Below are positions 29,174 through 40,009 of a DNA stretch of 64,000 bases, in pieces (positions within the stretch are counted from its first letter, which is position 1; the number at the start of each line of letters is the position of its first letter). Both the position numbers and the translations under genes were made by a program. Where the stretch lies: contig CBDDIJ010000003.1 of assembly GCA_965228855.1 (NCBI GenBank), forward strand, positions 1,312,001 through 1,376,000, in the 5' to 3' direction. The notes under the pieces are model-generated. The model saw nothing but the letters and a program-made list of their open reading frames with translations. It did not search any database and had not been told where the DNA came from. The stretch is from Candidatus Obscuribacterales bacterium. Lineage in GTDB: Bacteria > Cyanobacteriota > Vampirovibrionia > Obscuribacterales > Obscuribacteraceae.

Positions 29174-30145
29174 CTATTCTTCTTCAACTCTGACGCAAAC
29201 AGCCGCACGTCCGTCTGAGAACGCGAGACCCTCGTTGTATTTCGGCTTGATGACCAGCTTTCCATTCTTGTTGATGTAACCGAATTTCGAGTTGAGCTTC
29301 ACCAGGGCCCGGCCTTCTGAAAATTTCTCGGCCTCGTCGAACTTATATTTGATAACCACATCGCCCTTTCTGTCGACGTAGCCCCATAGACCCTCTTTCT
29401 TGACAGGTGCAAGTCCTTCCGAATACGCAGATCTCGATGCCAATTCAGGTCTAAGCTGGAAATTGCCGTTTGAATCGGCAAAACCAAACTGACCATTTTG
29501 CCTGACTTCAGAAACACCATCCGTGTAACTTTCCGCTGTCTCGAAAGCGGGTTCTACTTTCAGTGTCCCAGATGTGTCCACAAAACCCCATTTGTCCTTC
29601 ACCAGAACAGGTGCCAGACCGTCTCCGAATGGCTTAGCGTCGTCATAGGTCGGTTTTACGACCAGGTTGCCGGTCTTGTCGACAAAACCCCACTTGTCTC
29701 CCTGCTTAACGGGACCGAGACCGTCGCCCCAGGACTTCACATCGTCGAACTCAGCTTTGACGATTTGCGTACCAGAGGCATCGATGAAGCCCCACTTCCA
29801 GTTATCGGCGCGCACCGGTGCTACTTCATTCTTGAAAGGACGAGCCTCCAGGAACTGAGGCTTTATCACGAGTTCTCCTGATTTGTCGATAAAACCCCAC
29901 TTGCCACCCTGCTTGACCGCAGCGAAACCGTCTGAATAAGAGAGCGCTCTTTCGTACTTGGGCTCGATTAGAACGGCTCCTTTCCAATCTATATAACCCC
30001 AGCGTTTTCCGATATCGGCCGGGTCAACCTGAGCAGCTTCCTGCTGGGCACTATCGGCGGTACTATCACTGTTGCCACCACCGGCGGAGCAACCTGAAAG
30101 TGTGAGCGCGAGCCAGAGAAGCAGTATGGTAAGGATTAATTGCAT
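29174..30145 (-). CDS. WG-repeat (KWG) lipoprotein
   Basis: Lipobox LSGC; about 7 repeats of F/YSDGxAxVK..KWGFIDKxG. Confidence 0.92.
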   Translation of the reverse strand: MQLILTILLLWLALTLSGCSAGGGNSDSTADSAQQEAAQVDPADIGKRWGYIDWKGAVLIEPKYERALSYSDGFAAVKQGGKWGFIDKSGELVIKPQFLEARPFKNEVAPVRADNWKWGFIDASGTQIVKAEFDDVKSWGDGLGPVKQGDKWGFVDKTGNLVVKPTYDDAKPFGDGLAPVLVKDKWGFVDTSGTLKVEPAFETAESYTDGVSEVRQNGQFGFADSNGNFQLRPELASRSAYSEGLAPVKKEGLWGYVDRKGDVVIKYKFDEAEKFSEGRALVKLNSKFGYINKNGKLVIKPKYNEGLAFSDGRAAVCVRVEEE

Positions 30146-30255
30146 TACGTGATATTATCGGACGTTATTGGGGAGCCGAAGGCAGTTTGACAATCAGCCC
30201 TACTAGCATAGTGCGGTATAGCGCTCGATGCAAGGCGACGAGATATTTGAACCGG

Positions 30256-32919
30256 TCAGACGGAGTTCAACTCGGCTTTTACTTCATCCAACTTTTGCCT
30301 GTCACCAGTCTGTTCCAGGTAGTTCGAGTATGTTGATAAAACTTGAAGCTTTGTCTCTCGCGGGATATTAACGCCCTCTTCCGAATGCAGAATCTTGACG
30401 GCATCGGAAAGTAGAGGACCGGCCTTATCGGTTTTCTTGTCCTTCAAATAGTCGTCAGCCAGGAGACCCATGAGAGAACAAGACTCAGCGCTTTTAAGAC
30501 CATTGAACGTTTCGCTCAAACTTAAAGCTCTTTCGATACTCTTAGCAGCCGCTTTGAAATCATGCTGATCTCGATAATACATCCCGATGAGCCGCCGATC
30601 TTCGATCACCCCTCGCGTCTTTCCAGTGCTTTTATCGACGTTTTCGGCGATATTGTAGATAGCCAAAACATCAGCGCTCTTTTCTGCATTCTCGTACATT
30701 TTGCTCAGCTTCCCAAGCACGTAAAGCACCCGAGACTCTTCTCTTGCTCGCGAGCGAAACATCAGCGCAAGCGCACGCTTGTAGAAACCTTCGGCAGTCT
30801 CGAATTCAGCTGGGGATTCGCTTGCTTTGGCTGAATGGATATCGCCCAAGTCTGTCAGTGCGCGCGCCAGAAGAAGGACCTGATTATCGTTAGCCTCTTT
30901 CAACAGGTCGCGTGCAGTATCGAAATCTTTTGCTGCGTCCGTGAATTTGTCATTCATTGCTTTTGCTTCGCCAATCAGGATATGGCATCGCGCCTGTTCC
31001 ACATCGTCTGATTCTTTCAGTTGATCCATCGATGCCAGGGCGCTTGTCGCGTTAGCGGCAGCCGGGTTTGGCTTGTGTCTCGACAAATCCACATCAGCGA
31101 GCTGGCATTTCATTAGAGCAGCTTGCGAACTGTTCGACCGAAACGCATTTCGCGCTATCGACAATGCTTTCGACGCATTTGCTCTTGCATCTTCCAGTTT
31201 GCCTCTCCGCCGTTGAACCTCGGAAAGCGCGTCTAGTGTTCGGATCAATCCGGTACTCTCTCCGCCTGCAACTTCCTGTCTGCTCGATACTGCATCCGAG
31301 AGGTTCTTCTCGAGCACATCATATTTTTCATCCAGATTGTCCTTGAGGTCAAGCAGAGTCAGATTATCCACCAGACCCGCAACGACTAAACTTTTTTCGC
31401 CCAGCGACTTTCTTGCTATTTTCAAAGTTCGTTTGAGGACGCTGCGAGCAGCGCTCCATTGCTGGTTGTCTATGTAGTTTTGCGCGACGTCGATCAGTTG
31501 AAAACAAATATCCTCGATTTCCTCGACTTCTTCACTGTCCGAACTCGTGTTTTCAAGACGAGTTAGAAGCTTCTTTTCTGTTTTCGCAATTGTTTTAAAC
31601 TTGGCCTGCTGCAGATCATTTATTTGCGATTCCAGTTTCTCGGAATCCTTTATTCTTCCCTGGATTCGGTAAAGGTCTACAAGATTTTTCATGGCCGGAA
31701 TTTGCCATTGTTTCCGCTCTTCGGATGCCACTTGCAGCGCTTTGTTTGCCTCTGCCTCCGCAACATCATACGAGCCTGCGTCGAAAGCGTTTCGATAAGC
31801 GACTATGGCGCTGTTGAAGCGCTGATCGGCAGGTACGATTATTTGCTTGATACGATCCTGGAAGAGAAAAACGCAGGCTATTACAACTACCGCCGTCACG
31901 GAAGCCGCGACTACAGCCGGAATTCCCTTGCCTTTGGATGCACGCTCGCGAATTTTTCTTTGTTGGTAGCCGGTAATGAGTTTGTTGATACCACTGCCTG
32001 AAGTGAACGCGCCAACGTGTTCCAGAGCATCTTTCAGCTCGTTCATGGTCTGGTAGCGATGACGCGGATTCTTCGCCATCGCCTTCAGAATGATGAACTC
32101 AAATTGAGTTCCGTTTTTAAATTCCGGTCTTATGTCACCAAGAGGGCGAGGGCGATCGTGGGTCTGCATGTGGAAAGTCTCGTAGACGTTCCCTCCCATC
32201 AGGGGAGGTTCTCCCGTCAGAGCTTCGTACATCAGGCAGCCGAGAGAATATATGTCACTGCGATGATCAATAGGCTTGGCCATACACTGCTCAGGGCTCA
32301 TATAAAGCGGGCTTCCGACGATCTCACCTGTCTGCGTCAAGCCGAGTTGCGTATTGTCGTCGTTGGGCATGAGCTTGGCAATGCCGAAGTCCAGGACCTT
32401 AACGAAGTCTCCGTCGTTTTCTGTTTCAACCAGAGCGATGTTGCTCGGTTTAAGATCTCTGTGCACAATGCCCTGCGCATGAGCATGATCGAGAGCCGAA
32501 CAAATTTCAGAGAAAACTTTGATGGCACGTCTGACACTCAAACGCCCGGTGTCAGAAAGCACTTCGGAAAGGTTTTTACCCTCGTGATATTCCATTACCA
32601 GGCAATGCCGTTCGGCGTCATCCATGAAGAAATCGTAGGTTTTGACGATATGGTCGTGACGAAGGTTGCGATAGGTTTTAGCTTCTTGAGTGAATCTTTG
32701 AACGCGCGTCGTGTCGGAAAGCAGCTCGGCATGCAGAATCTTGAGTGCTACCGTTCTGCCTGTAGACATGTCGAGAGCTTTGTAAACGGTGCTCATGCCA
32801 CCGCGACCTAGGTACGCAACGACTTGATAGCGGTTTTTTATAATCGCGCCGATTCCCACCGCTTCGCTTTTGGCGGCGCGGCGCATGTGATCGGTAACGT
32901 CTTGGTTATCTGGTGCCAT
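30256..32919 (-). CDS. Ser/Thr protein kinase, TM, TPR domain
   Basis: GRGGMS, VALK, HRDLKPSN, DFG, SPE; one TM, then TPRs. Confidence 0.93.
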   Translation of the reverse strand: MAPDNQDVTDHMRRAAKSEAVGIGAIIKNRYQVVAYLGRGGMSTVYKALDMSTGRTVALKILHAELLSDTTRVQRFTQEAKTYRNLRHDHIVKTYDFFMDDAERHCLVMEYHEGKNLSEVLSDTGRLSVRRAIKVFSEICSALDHAHAQGIVHRDLKPSNIALVETENDGDFVKVLDFGIAKLMPNDDNTQLGLTQTGEIVGSPLYMSPEQCMAKPIDHRSDIYSLGCLMYEALTGEPPLMGGNVYETFHMQTHDRPRPLGDIRPEFKNGTQFEFIILKAMAKNPRHRYQTMNELKDALEHVGAFTSGSGINKLITGYQQRKIRERASKGKGIPAVVAASVTAVVVIACVFLFQDRIKQIIVPADQRFNSAIVAYRNAFDAGSYDVAEAEANKALQVASEERKQWQIPAMKNLVDLYRIQGRIKDSEKLESQINDLQQAKFKTIAKTEKKLLTRLENTSSDSEEVEEIEDICFQLIDVAQNYIDNQQWSAARSVLKRTLKIARKSLGEKSLVVAGLVDNLTLLDLKDNLDEKYDVLEKNLSDAVSSRQEVAGGESTGLIRTLDALSEVQRRRGKLEDARANASKALSIARNAFRSNSSQAALMKCQLADVDLSRHKPNPAAANATSALASMDQLKESDDVEQARCHILIGEAKAMNDKFTDAAKDFDTARDLLKEANDNQVLLLARALTDLGDIHSAKASESPAEFETAEGFYKRALALMFRSRAREESRVLYVLGKLSKMYENAEKSADVLAIYNIAENVDKSTGKTRGVIEDRRLIGMYYRDQHDFKAAAKSIERALSLSETFNGLKSAESCSLMGLLADDYLKDKKTDKAGPLLSDAVKILHSEEGVNIPRETKLQVLSTYSNYLEQTGDRQKLDEVKAELNSV

Positions 32920-33060
32920 CGTGTATCCGATGGTTTCCTTTCAGCAATCACCACGCCAAACAAGAATTGAGCTTTCTCCAATCCAATCGAGATCAGATCA
33001 ATTCTACTAATAATGTTCTGCCCAGCTTCGGACTAATTTAGCATCATCTTCTGAGCATTT

Positions 33061-35946
33061 TTAGCCGGTGCTTTGTAGACCTTCGGCTACGCCGTTGATG
33101 GCCATCAGCACAGTGTCCAGAAGCGGGTCTAATGTGGCGGATAATCCAGGCTTTGCCTCAGGCTCTTCCCCTTTGCCGGAATCGTTCTGAACCTTCTCAC
33201 GTAACTCTTTGATGAATCGCACCTGCAGATAACTCAGAGGATCAACATACGGATTCCTCAGCTCGATGGAACGTCGCAGATATTCGGTTTTTTCGAGCAA
33301 GATCTTTTGACCTGTAATTTTGAGAATAGCCTCTTGAGTGAGACTATGTTCGCGCTTTATACGAGTAAGAATGTTGTCCAGAACCTTCGGATCTTGCACA
33401 AGATTCTCGGCATAGTACGTGGCGATCTGCATGTCCGAAATCGCCAGCGCGGTTTCAACCTTGGTTACCAGACCTGCGAAGAACGGCCACTCTCGATAGA
33501 GCTTGGACAGAAAGGCGATTCGCTGCTCTCCGTGCTTTTCAATTTGTTCACTGATAGCCGAACCCAGACCGAACCAACCGGGAAGGAGAAAACGACTTTG
33601 TGTCCAGGCGAATACCCATGGTATTGCGCGCAGATCTGCGATGGATGTGCTGCCTTTTGTTCTTCGTGTTGGCCTCGAGCCCAGTCTCAGTCTGGCGATT
33701 TCATTGATCGGAGTGGCCTGCTGAAAGAAGGTCAGGAAGTCCGGCTCGTTAAAAACGAGATCTCGGTAAGCGTCAAATGATGACGCGGAAATCTCTTCCA
33801 TCGCTTCTAGCCACTCGGGCTCATCTATGCCTTCCTTGCGTTTGTGAGATTCGGTGATGCTTGATTCGATAACCGCGCAAGCCAGTCGTTCGAAATTGCG
33901 AACCGCAATCCCGTGCAGCGAGTACTTGGAACTGATTACCTCGCCCTGTTCGGTGATTTTTATTCGACCAGAAACCGTTCCGGGTGGCTGCGCGAGAATT
34001 GCTCTGTGGGTTGGCCCGCCGCCTCTGCCGATGGTGCCGCCTCGTCCGTGAAAAAGTCGAAGTCTCACGCCTTTAGAATCAGCAAGTTCAACCAGTTTTT
34101 TCTGTGCTTTGTACAATTCCCAGTTAGAGGTGACGATACCGCCGTCCTTTCCGCTGTCAGAATAACCAATCATGATTTCCTGCAAATTGCCGCGGCGGGC
34201 AATATATTTCGCGTAAGCCGGCTGCGATAAAAGCTCTTCCATTAAGCGCGGCGCGTCACGCAGGTCTCCGATTGTTTCAAACAGCGGTACGATATTGATT
34301 GTGCGGTTTGGATAATTTTCGTTGTCTAGAAAACCTGCTTCCTTAGCGAATAGAAGAATGGAAAACAGATCGCTCACTGACTTGGTCATGCTGACAATGT
34401 AGGTGTCCAGGGCGACGTCTCCGTGTTGATCTTGCAGTGAAGCCATCGCTCGGAAAGTCTCAATTGTCTGATTGGTTTGCTCTTCAAAACGGAGTTCGTG
34501 CGGGAAAAGTGGTCTTCTGGACACAATTTCCTTGGCGAGCCAACTAATCTTGTCGGCTTCAGTCAATACGGCGTAGCCACCAGGGACAATACCAAGCGTT
34601 TTTGTAACGTCATCGAGAGCTGCTGTGTGCTTTTCGCTATGTTGGCGCACATCGAGCTTGGCAAGATGAAATCCGAAGACTTTGACCATGCTGATGAAAC
34701 GATCGAGAGATTTCGTGGTCAAAGCTGAGCCGGACTCGCATAATGACTTCTTCATAACATAAATATCTTGAAGAAGCTGCTTCCGACTGGTATATCCTCG
34801 CTCGTCTCCCCTGAGAGTATTCTCCAGCTTCTCGCGAATAAACAACAACTTCAGTCTGTACGGTTCAAAACCATATCGCGGTGCAAATCGTTCCTGTATG
34901 TCTGGAAAGCGCCCGGCGTCATTGTCCAGAGACTCTTTAAGCGAGGCACTCGGAGGAACGACGTTGCTGGAATGCGATAATTGATTGAATAGAGATTCCA
35001 GTTCTTTTAGATATCGCTTGATGATGACGCGTCGTTGGTACGAGAGGGCATCGACAGTAACATCCGGTGTTACGTAAGGGTTTCCATCACGGTCCCCTCC
35101 GATCCAGCTTCCGAAAGTCGTATAGGTTATGTCTTCGTTTGCGGTATCGCATTCGGTAGCAACTGTTTTTCCTTCCAGTTTTAAGCGCTTTTCATCGATG
35201 CTGTTATGAACGCTCAAGATAGCGTCTATTACGACTGTTTCAAACAGGTAGAGCCCGTATCTAACTTCATCCATGACCGTTGGTTTGAAGTAGATAATGT
35301 GGTCCGACAACCAGAGCGATTCAACCACGCTCTTCAAACCTTCGTCGACACGCTCACGGTCTTCGTTCGTCAAGGGTGGATGATCTCGATTGTGGAGGTA
35401 CTCCGCCATCTCCAATTGCTTCAAAAGGATAGTTCGACGCGTGATTTCCGTAGGGTGAGCTGTGAAAACAACTTCGATGTCGAGATTATGCAGGGTCTCC
35501 AACAGCGAGTGCTCGTCGATGCCTCGCTCCTTGAACCGTGAAAATAAATCGTTGAGCGAATCAGGTTGAACGGAGTCCGGCGAGTTCCATTCAATCAGTG
35601 CTCGCCTCCTCAACCTGTGGTTCTGTTCGGCGATATTGATCAAGTCGAAATAGCAAAGAAAGGCTTTGATTATTTTATTACCTGTTTCCATATCCAGGCT
35701 GGAAATCAAAGTCGAAAGCTCCTCCTTCAACTGATTCAGAGCCAGGTCGTCTCCGCCGATCTTGAGTTGATGCATGGACTTGCAGATGCGTCGGAAGTCT
35801 TCGATCTTGTTTAAAACCTCGACGCCTTCAAGTCGTTTCACGGTGTCACCGAGGAGAAAGCCGAGCATGCGGATATCGTCGCGAAGCGGTTTGCTGCGTT
35901 CGCTCAGGTCCTTGTTTAGACTTGTATCCTCTATTTTGGCAGTCAT
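33061..35946 (-). CDS. ppc: Phosphoenolpyruvate carboxylase
   Basis: VFTAHPT, WIGGDRDGNP, QEIMIGYSDSGKDGG, FHGRGGTIGRGG, LRAIPWVFAWTQ. Confidence 0.97.
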   Translation of the reverse strand: MTAKIEDTSLNKDLSERSKPLRDDIRMLGFLLGDTVKRLEGVEVLNKIEDFRRICKSMHQLKIGGDDLALNQLKEELSTLISSLDMETGNKIIKAFLCYFDLINIAEQNHRLRRRALIEWNSPDSVQPDSLNDLFSRFKERGIDEHSLLETLHNLDIEVVFTAHPTEITRRTILLKQLEMAEYLHNRDHPPLTNEDRERVDEGLKSVVESLWLSDHIIYFKPTVMDEVRYGLYLFETVVIDAILSVHNSIDEKRLKLEGKTVATECDTANEDITYTTFGSWIGGDRDGNPYVTPDVTVDALSYQRRVIIKRYLKELESLFNQLSHSSNVVPPSASLKESLDNDAGRFPDIQERFAPRYGFEPYRLKLLFIREKLENTLRGDERGYTSRKQLLQDIYVMKKSLCESGSALTTKSLDRFISMVKVFGFHLAKLDVRQHSEKHTAALDDVTKTLGIVPGGYAVLTEADKISWLAKEIVSRRPLFPHELRFEEQTNQTIETFRAMASLQDQHGDVALDTYIVSMTKSVSDLFSILLFAKEAGFLDNENYPNRTINIVPLFETIGDLRDAPRLMEELLSQPAYAKYIARRGNLQEIMIGYSDSGKDGGIVTSNWELYKAQKKLVELADSKGVRLRLFHGRGGTIGRGGGPTHRAILAQPPGTVSGRIKITEQGEVISSKYSLHGIAVRNFERLACAVIESSITESHKRKEGIDEPEWLEAMEEISASSFDAYRDLVFNEPDFLTFFQQATPINEIARLRLGSRPTRRTKGSTSIADLRAIPWVFAWTQSRFLLPGWFGLGSAISEQIEKHGEQRIAFLSKLYREWPFFAGLVTKVETALAISDMQIATYYAENLVQDPKVLDNILTRIKREHSLTQEAILKITGQKILLEKTEYLRRSIELRNPYVDPLSYLQVRFIKELREKVQNDSGKGEEPEAKPGLSATLDPLLDTVLMAINGVAEGLQSTG

Positions 35947-37004
35947 CGCAATCCTTTCTGTCTTTGGACCTTTTCCCAGTTCCGCAATGCTTCAACGCCT
36001 TTGTCAAAAGCTGCGGCACTGCTGTAATAGTTATGCGCACCGTCCTGTCTATCCGGGTTGCGTACGTAGTAAAGGAAATTGGTTGTGGCAGGGTGAAGTG
36101 CCGCGTTAAGTGATACCAGACCTGGTGAGCCGACGGGCCCCGGCGGCAAGCCTTTGTAGATTCTGCTGTTGTAGGGGGATTTGCGATCCAGATCGCTCTG
36201 ATAGACCTTGCCGTCGTAGCGCCATTTCCCGGCTAGTTTCGAGGCGTATACAATCGTGGAATCCATGCTTAAACGCATTCCTTTTGCTATGCGGTTGTAG
36301 ATTACCGAAGCAACAATCGGTCGCTCCGAATCCAATTTTGCCTCGGTTTCGATGATCGAGGCCGTGGTGACGATGTTGTGCAGAGGAACTTTGGAGGCTT
36401 TAACGTCAGCTGCCAACTTTTCATCATACACTTCGCGGAAACGATTCACCATCTGTAGTACCAGACCTTTGGCCGTAGAATCAGCTTGCACAAAATATGT
36501 GTCTGGGAAAAGGTAGCCTTCCAAGCTTGTTGCCCAGGGATCGATATCTTTAATAGGTGACGGATCGTCAAGCAGGCGCAACGCTTCTGCTTCCGATTTC
36601 AGTTTTAACGACGGTATCGCTAACAGTGCCCTGGCAATTTCGAACTTTGTCCATCCTTCCGGAACAGTGATTCTTTCGTGCTCTGTGCCTCCTTTCTCCA
36701 GTTCTTTTAGAACCTGGATTGGCGACATCGGCGACGCGAAACGATAGTCACCGGCTTTCATAGTGGAAGCTCCGCGTTGAAGTCGCAGGTAGAGCTTTAA
36801 CGGAAGTTCTTCGCGTATTATCCCGTTGGCCTTAAGCGTCGCGATTATCTGTTCTGATGACGCTCCTCTGCTTATAGTCACCAGGGCATCGGGTCTATTG
36901 TGAGCGAACGGCTCGTTCAGTTCGTTCCAGATCCAGAATCCGGCTGCACCACAGGCGGTGGCGATTACTAAGAGGACAGCGATGAAGCCGGATAGAAAGC
37001 GCAT
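35943..37004 (-). CDS. mltG: Endolytic transglycosylase MltG
   Basis: N-terminal TM, TVPEG, LEGYLFPDTY, ASIIETE, SPYN...GLPPGP; 4-bp overlap with the ppc start. Confidence 0.93.
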   Translation of the reverse strand: MRFLSGFIAVLLVIATACGAAGFWIWNELNEPFAHNRPDALVTISRGASSEQIIATLKANGIIREELPLKLYLRLQRGASTMKAGDYRFASPMSPIQVLKELEKGGTEHERITVPEGWTKFEIARALLAIPSLKLKSEAEALRLLDDPSPIKDIDPWATSLEGYLFPDTYFVQADSTAKGLVLQMVNRFREVYDEKLAADVKASKVPLHNIVTTASIIETEAKLDSERPIVASVIYNRIAKGMRLSMDSTIVYASKLAGKWRYDGKVYQSDLDRKSPYNSRIYKGLPPGPVGSPGLVSLNAALHPATTNFLYYVRNPDRQDGAHNYYSSAAAFDKGVEALRNWEKVQRQKGLR

Positions 37005-37178
37005 GAATTCCAACGATTTGACGGCACTGCGAAAATTTGTGGCAGTATTGCACATTATAAGGTTAAACTCTTCGTGGCAAGCAAAAAAACAAATTCCGAC
37101 AATTCTATTAAGAGGTTGTCAGCGGTCGTAACAAGCGAACAGGGAACTACGTGAGCCCGGCGGCGTCAGAAGGACCTG

Positions 37179-38336
37179 ATGAAACGGATTGCAACAGCTT
37201 TTAAGTTGGGAATTTTAGGGACCGCAATGTGCCTGGTCGCTGGACCTGTTTCAGTTCAGGTGGAAGCCGCCGACACGAGCCAGGCTCCCAAAACTGCCCC
37301 GGACCGGCATTTGCGATTGAATCGTTCTTCCGCTTCCTTAGCCGATCCAGCTTCTTTTGGCGCTCAAGGCGAGGATTTGCCGAACGGTTCTTCGGCGGCG
37401 CATAGCGCAGCATCGACCACAGTTTCTCTTCAGGGGGGCGTCACCAGGCTGGATGGTAACGCGTCGGATGCCTCACGACCTCCTATTCAGGGACGTATTC
37501 AGGGTGAGCAGAGGATGCCATTTCAAGGCAAAATCGAATCCCTGATCGAAACGCCCCTCGAGGCTCAGAAGCCCCGGTCAGAATCTATTCCTCCGCAAAC
37601 CTTTCGAGCCTGGCTGGAAAGCGCCCACCCTCAGTTCTCATTGAACGCTTCGCAAAACGCCCCGGAGACCGTCATTTGTATCAAGGGACGTTGGGACGAT
37701 TCGTCGAAAACTCTCGATAAATTCCAGATTCCACACTCAAAAATTGGCAGTGGCAAATTAGCATCAACGAATCTTGCCAACACAAGGGTGATTATTGTCG
37801 ACTGTGCAGGCGACATCAATAATGCCGGCAAGCAAAAGCTCCGTGACTTCGTACTTCGCGGAGGGTACTTGCTTTCTACCGATTGGGCGCTGGATGGATT
37901 TCTGACCGCTACCTGGCCTAATTCAATCAAATGGAACAAAGGAACCAATCGTCGAGATATCGTGGATGCCACCGCATTCGATACCGACCCAGTGCTATTC
38001 AATCACGTCGTGTCGAATGCGTACTGGAAGTTGGACCAGGACAGCCACTTGATTCATATAGAACAACCGGGTGCTAATGTTCGGATTCTTGCGAAAAGCC
38101 GTCAGCTGGTTCAGGACGACCCGGATCGAGCCGGAATTCTGGCTGTTGTGTTCCCCTTCGGCCGGGGTTTCGTGATGCACATGACCGGACACTTCGATAA
38201 CAACAGCAAGCTGGCTATAGGAAATTTTCTTCCTGATCCGGCGCCGCGAATCGGCATAAGTTTTCGCCAGGCTCTCGCCGCAAACTTCGTTGTGGCTGGA
38301 CTCGAAGGAGTAAAAATTCCGACGAGACTAAGGTGA
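37179..38336 (+). CDS. Secreted hypothetical protein with GATase-like C-terminal domain
   Basis: Signal peptide, disordered linker, LRDFVLRGGYLLSTDWAL and FGRGFV motifs. Confidence 0.65.
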   Translation: MKRIATAFKLGILGTAMCLVAGPVSVQVEAADTSQAPKTAPDRHLRLNRSSASLADPASFGAQGEDLPNGSSAAHSAASTTVSLQGGVTRLDGNASDASRPPIQGRIQGEQRMPFQGKIESLIETPLEAQKPRSESIPPQTFRAWLESAHPQFSLNASQNAPETVICIKGRWDDSSKTLDKFQIPHSKIGSGKLASTNLANTRVIIVDCAGDINNAGKQKLRDFVLRGGYLLSTDWALDGFLTATWPNSIKWNKGTNRRDIVDATAFDTDPVLFNHVVSNAYWKLDQDSHLIHIEQPGANVRILAKSRQLVQDDPDRAGILAVVFPFGRGFVMHMTGHFDNNSKLAIGNFLPDPAPRIGISFRQALAANFVVAGLEGVKIPTRLR

Positions 38337-38341
38337 GCAGC

Positions 38342-39031
38342 TTACCAACCGCCCATCATGCTGCGCATCCCAGCTCCCATGTACGGGTTATAGCCGCCTC
38401 CATATCCCATTCCTGGAATCGGCATAACTGGCGCTGGAACGTACATTCGCATATTGCCGCCGACTGCTTTGTTCATCAAATATAGGCTCGCTGCCGGCGC
38501 TGCGACCCGGGCCGTACCACCGGCTAGTTTGCCAAGTATTCCAGCTGCGCCCTTGATCATGGCGCCGCCGTGCCCGCCGCCGCCTGGGTTCTCCGTGACG
38601 GATTTTTCAGGCTTTGAGTCATCTCCGGGAGGCGGGTCATTGTTCAGAAAAGAGCCTGCCGGCATTTGGTTATTGTTCTGTGCTTGCTGCTGCTGCCACT
38701 GTCCCTGTGTGTTGGCTTGAGCATTACCGTAGTAGACCGGAGGCTGAGGTGGTTGCCCGTACTGCGGAGTCTGGGCCTGCATCTGCGGCTGACCGTAAGC
38801 CTGTTGTTGGGGATAGCCCTGTTGTTGCTGCCCATACTGCGCTTGTTCAGGAGCCCCGTAGCCGTAGTTCGGCGTAGTTTGGGGCAGACCGCCGTACTGT
38901 TGATAGGTCGGTGGCTGCTGGTAGCCGCCCTGCTGGTACTGCTGATTCGGGTCGTAACCCTGAGCAATCGCTGCTTGAGCGCACGCCAACACGAAAGAAA
39001 CCATGACGGTCAGGCTGTAGATGTTTCGCAT
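38342..39031 (-). CDS. Secreted Gln/Tyr/Gly-rich low-complexity protein
   Basis: Signal peptide (AIA-Q), QQY/YGQ repeats, Gly-rich C-terminus. Confidence 0.75.
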   Translation of the reverse strand: MRNIYSLTVMVSFVLACAQAAIAQGYDPNQQYQQGGYQQPPTYQQYGGLPQTTPNYGYGAPEQAQYGQQQQGYPQQQAYGQPQMQAQTPQYGQPPQPPVYYGNAQANTQGQWQQQQAQNNNQMPAGSFLNNDPPPGDDSKPEKSVTENPGGGGHGGAMIKGAAGILGKLAGGTARVAAPAASLYLMNKAVGGNMRMYVPAPVMPIPGMGYGGGYNPYMGAGMRSMMGGW

Positions 39032-39157
39032 ATAGCTTAGGCCCAGTTTAGTAATTAGCAGAAGCATAGTTGTAGCAAAGATGGATGTCAATAGGACTTC
39101 AGAGCCTTTTATCTGCTAACTTTTAGGGACTTCCGCCTTTACTAGAGGACTAATGCG

Positions 39158-39964
39158 ATGACGCTCAGTGCCACTGCCATGAAAAACCTGTCTGAGTCAG
39201 AATGGACGGTCGACAAGGCAAAGCAATATCTCAAGGTCAACAATTTCACGGTTGCTGAGCAGCTGTTTACTGAAGCGATCAATCATCGCAAAGATGCGGT
39301 CGGCGCAGAAGACCCCGGCGTCGCCGAATTGCTGGACCAGCTCGGCGAGGTCAAGGTAGAGCTGAATAAATACGACGAGGCGATCGAGTGCTTCGAATCC
39401 GCTAACAAGATTTTCGAAAAGGTCTACTACGCCGGTCATTTCAAAGTCGGCGTGGTCTACAGCCATCTCACCACTTGTTACATACACGAGGGTAACTTTG
39501 AAAAGGCACTCGAGGTTTGCTTGAAAGCCCAGGATATTTTCGGCAAAACACTTTCAGGAGAGCACCGCATGGCTCTGGAAGCCGTTTACAAACTTGCGAC
39601 TATCTATCGCCAGCTGAAAAATGCTCCGGAAGCACTCAAGCTTCTTACCAAAGCCAAGAAGAACGTTGAGACTCCACTTGGTCCGAACGAAGAGTTTGCA
39701 TATCTCGAAGCACTCTTGCAGGAAGACGAGGGCAAGCCAGAGCTGGCGGACAAATGCTACCGCGACGCAATTGCCGGCTTCAAACAGCGCAGAGCGTTTA
39801 AACGTCTTGGGCAATGCTTGCATCGTTACAGCGAATTTTTGAAGAAGCAAGATAAAAACAGCGAAGCGGAGAAAATCCTCTCTCAAGCGGAGCAATACAA
39901 ACTCATAGGCGAATCATCGTCGAGAAGCGACGATATCTTCCCTTCGACTCTGCTACGTGCGTAA
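39158..39964 (+). CDS. TPR protein
   Basis: Kinesin-light-chain-like TPRs; GAGGA RBS. Confidence 0.85.
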   Translation: MTLSATAMKNLSESEWTVDKAKQYLKVNNFTVAEQLFTEAINHRKDAVGAEDPGVAELLDQLGEVKVELNKYDEAIECFESANKIFEKVYYAGHFKVGVVYSHLTTCYIHEGNFEKALEVCLKAQDIFGKTLSGEHRMALEAVYKLATIYRQLKNAPEALKLLTKAKKNVETPLGPNEEFAYLEALLQEDEGKPELADKCYRDAIAGFKQRRAFKRLGQCLHRYSEFLKKQDKNSEAEKILSQAEQYKLIGESSSRSDDIFPSTLLRA

Positions 39965-40009
39965 CACCATCTGTGGTGCCCGGGTTAGATTGGAACGGCC
40001 GGTAGGTGC

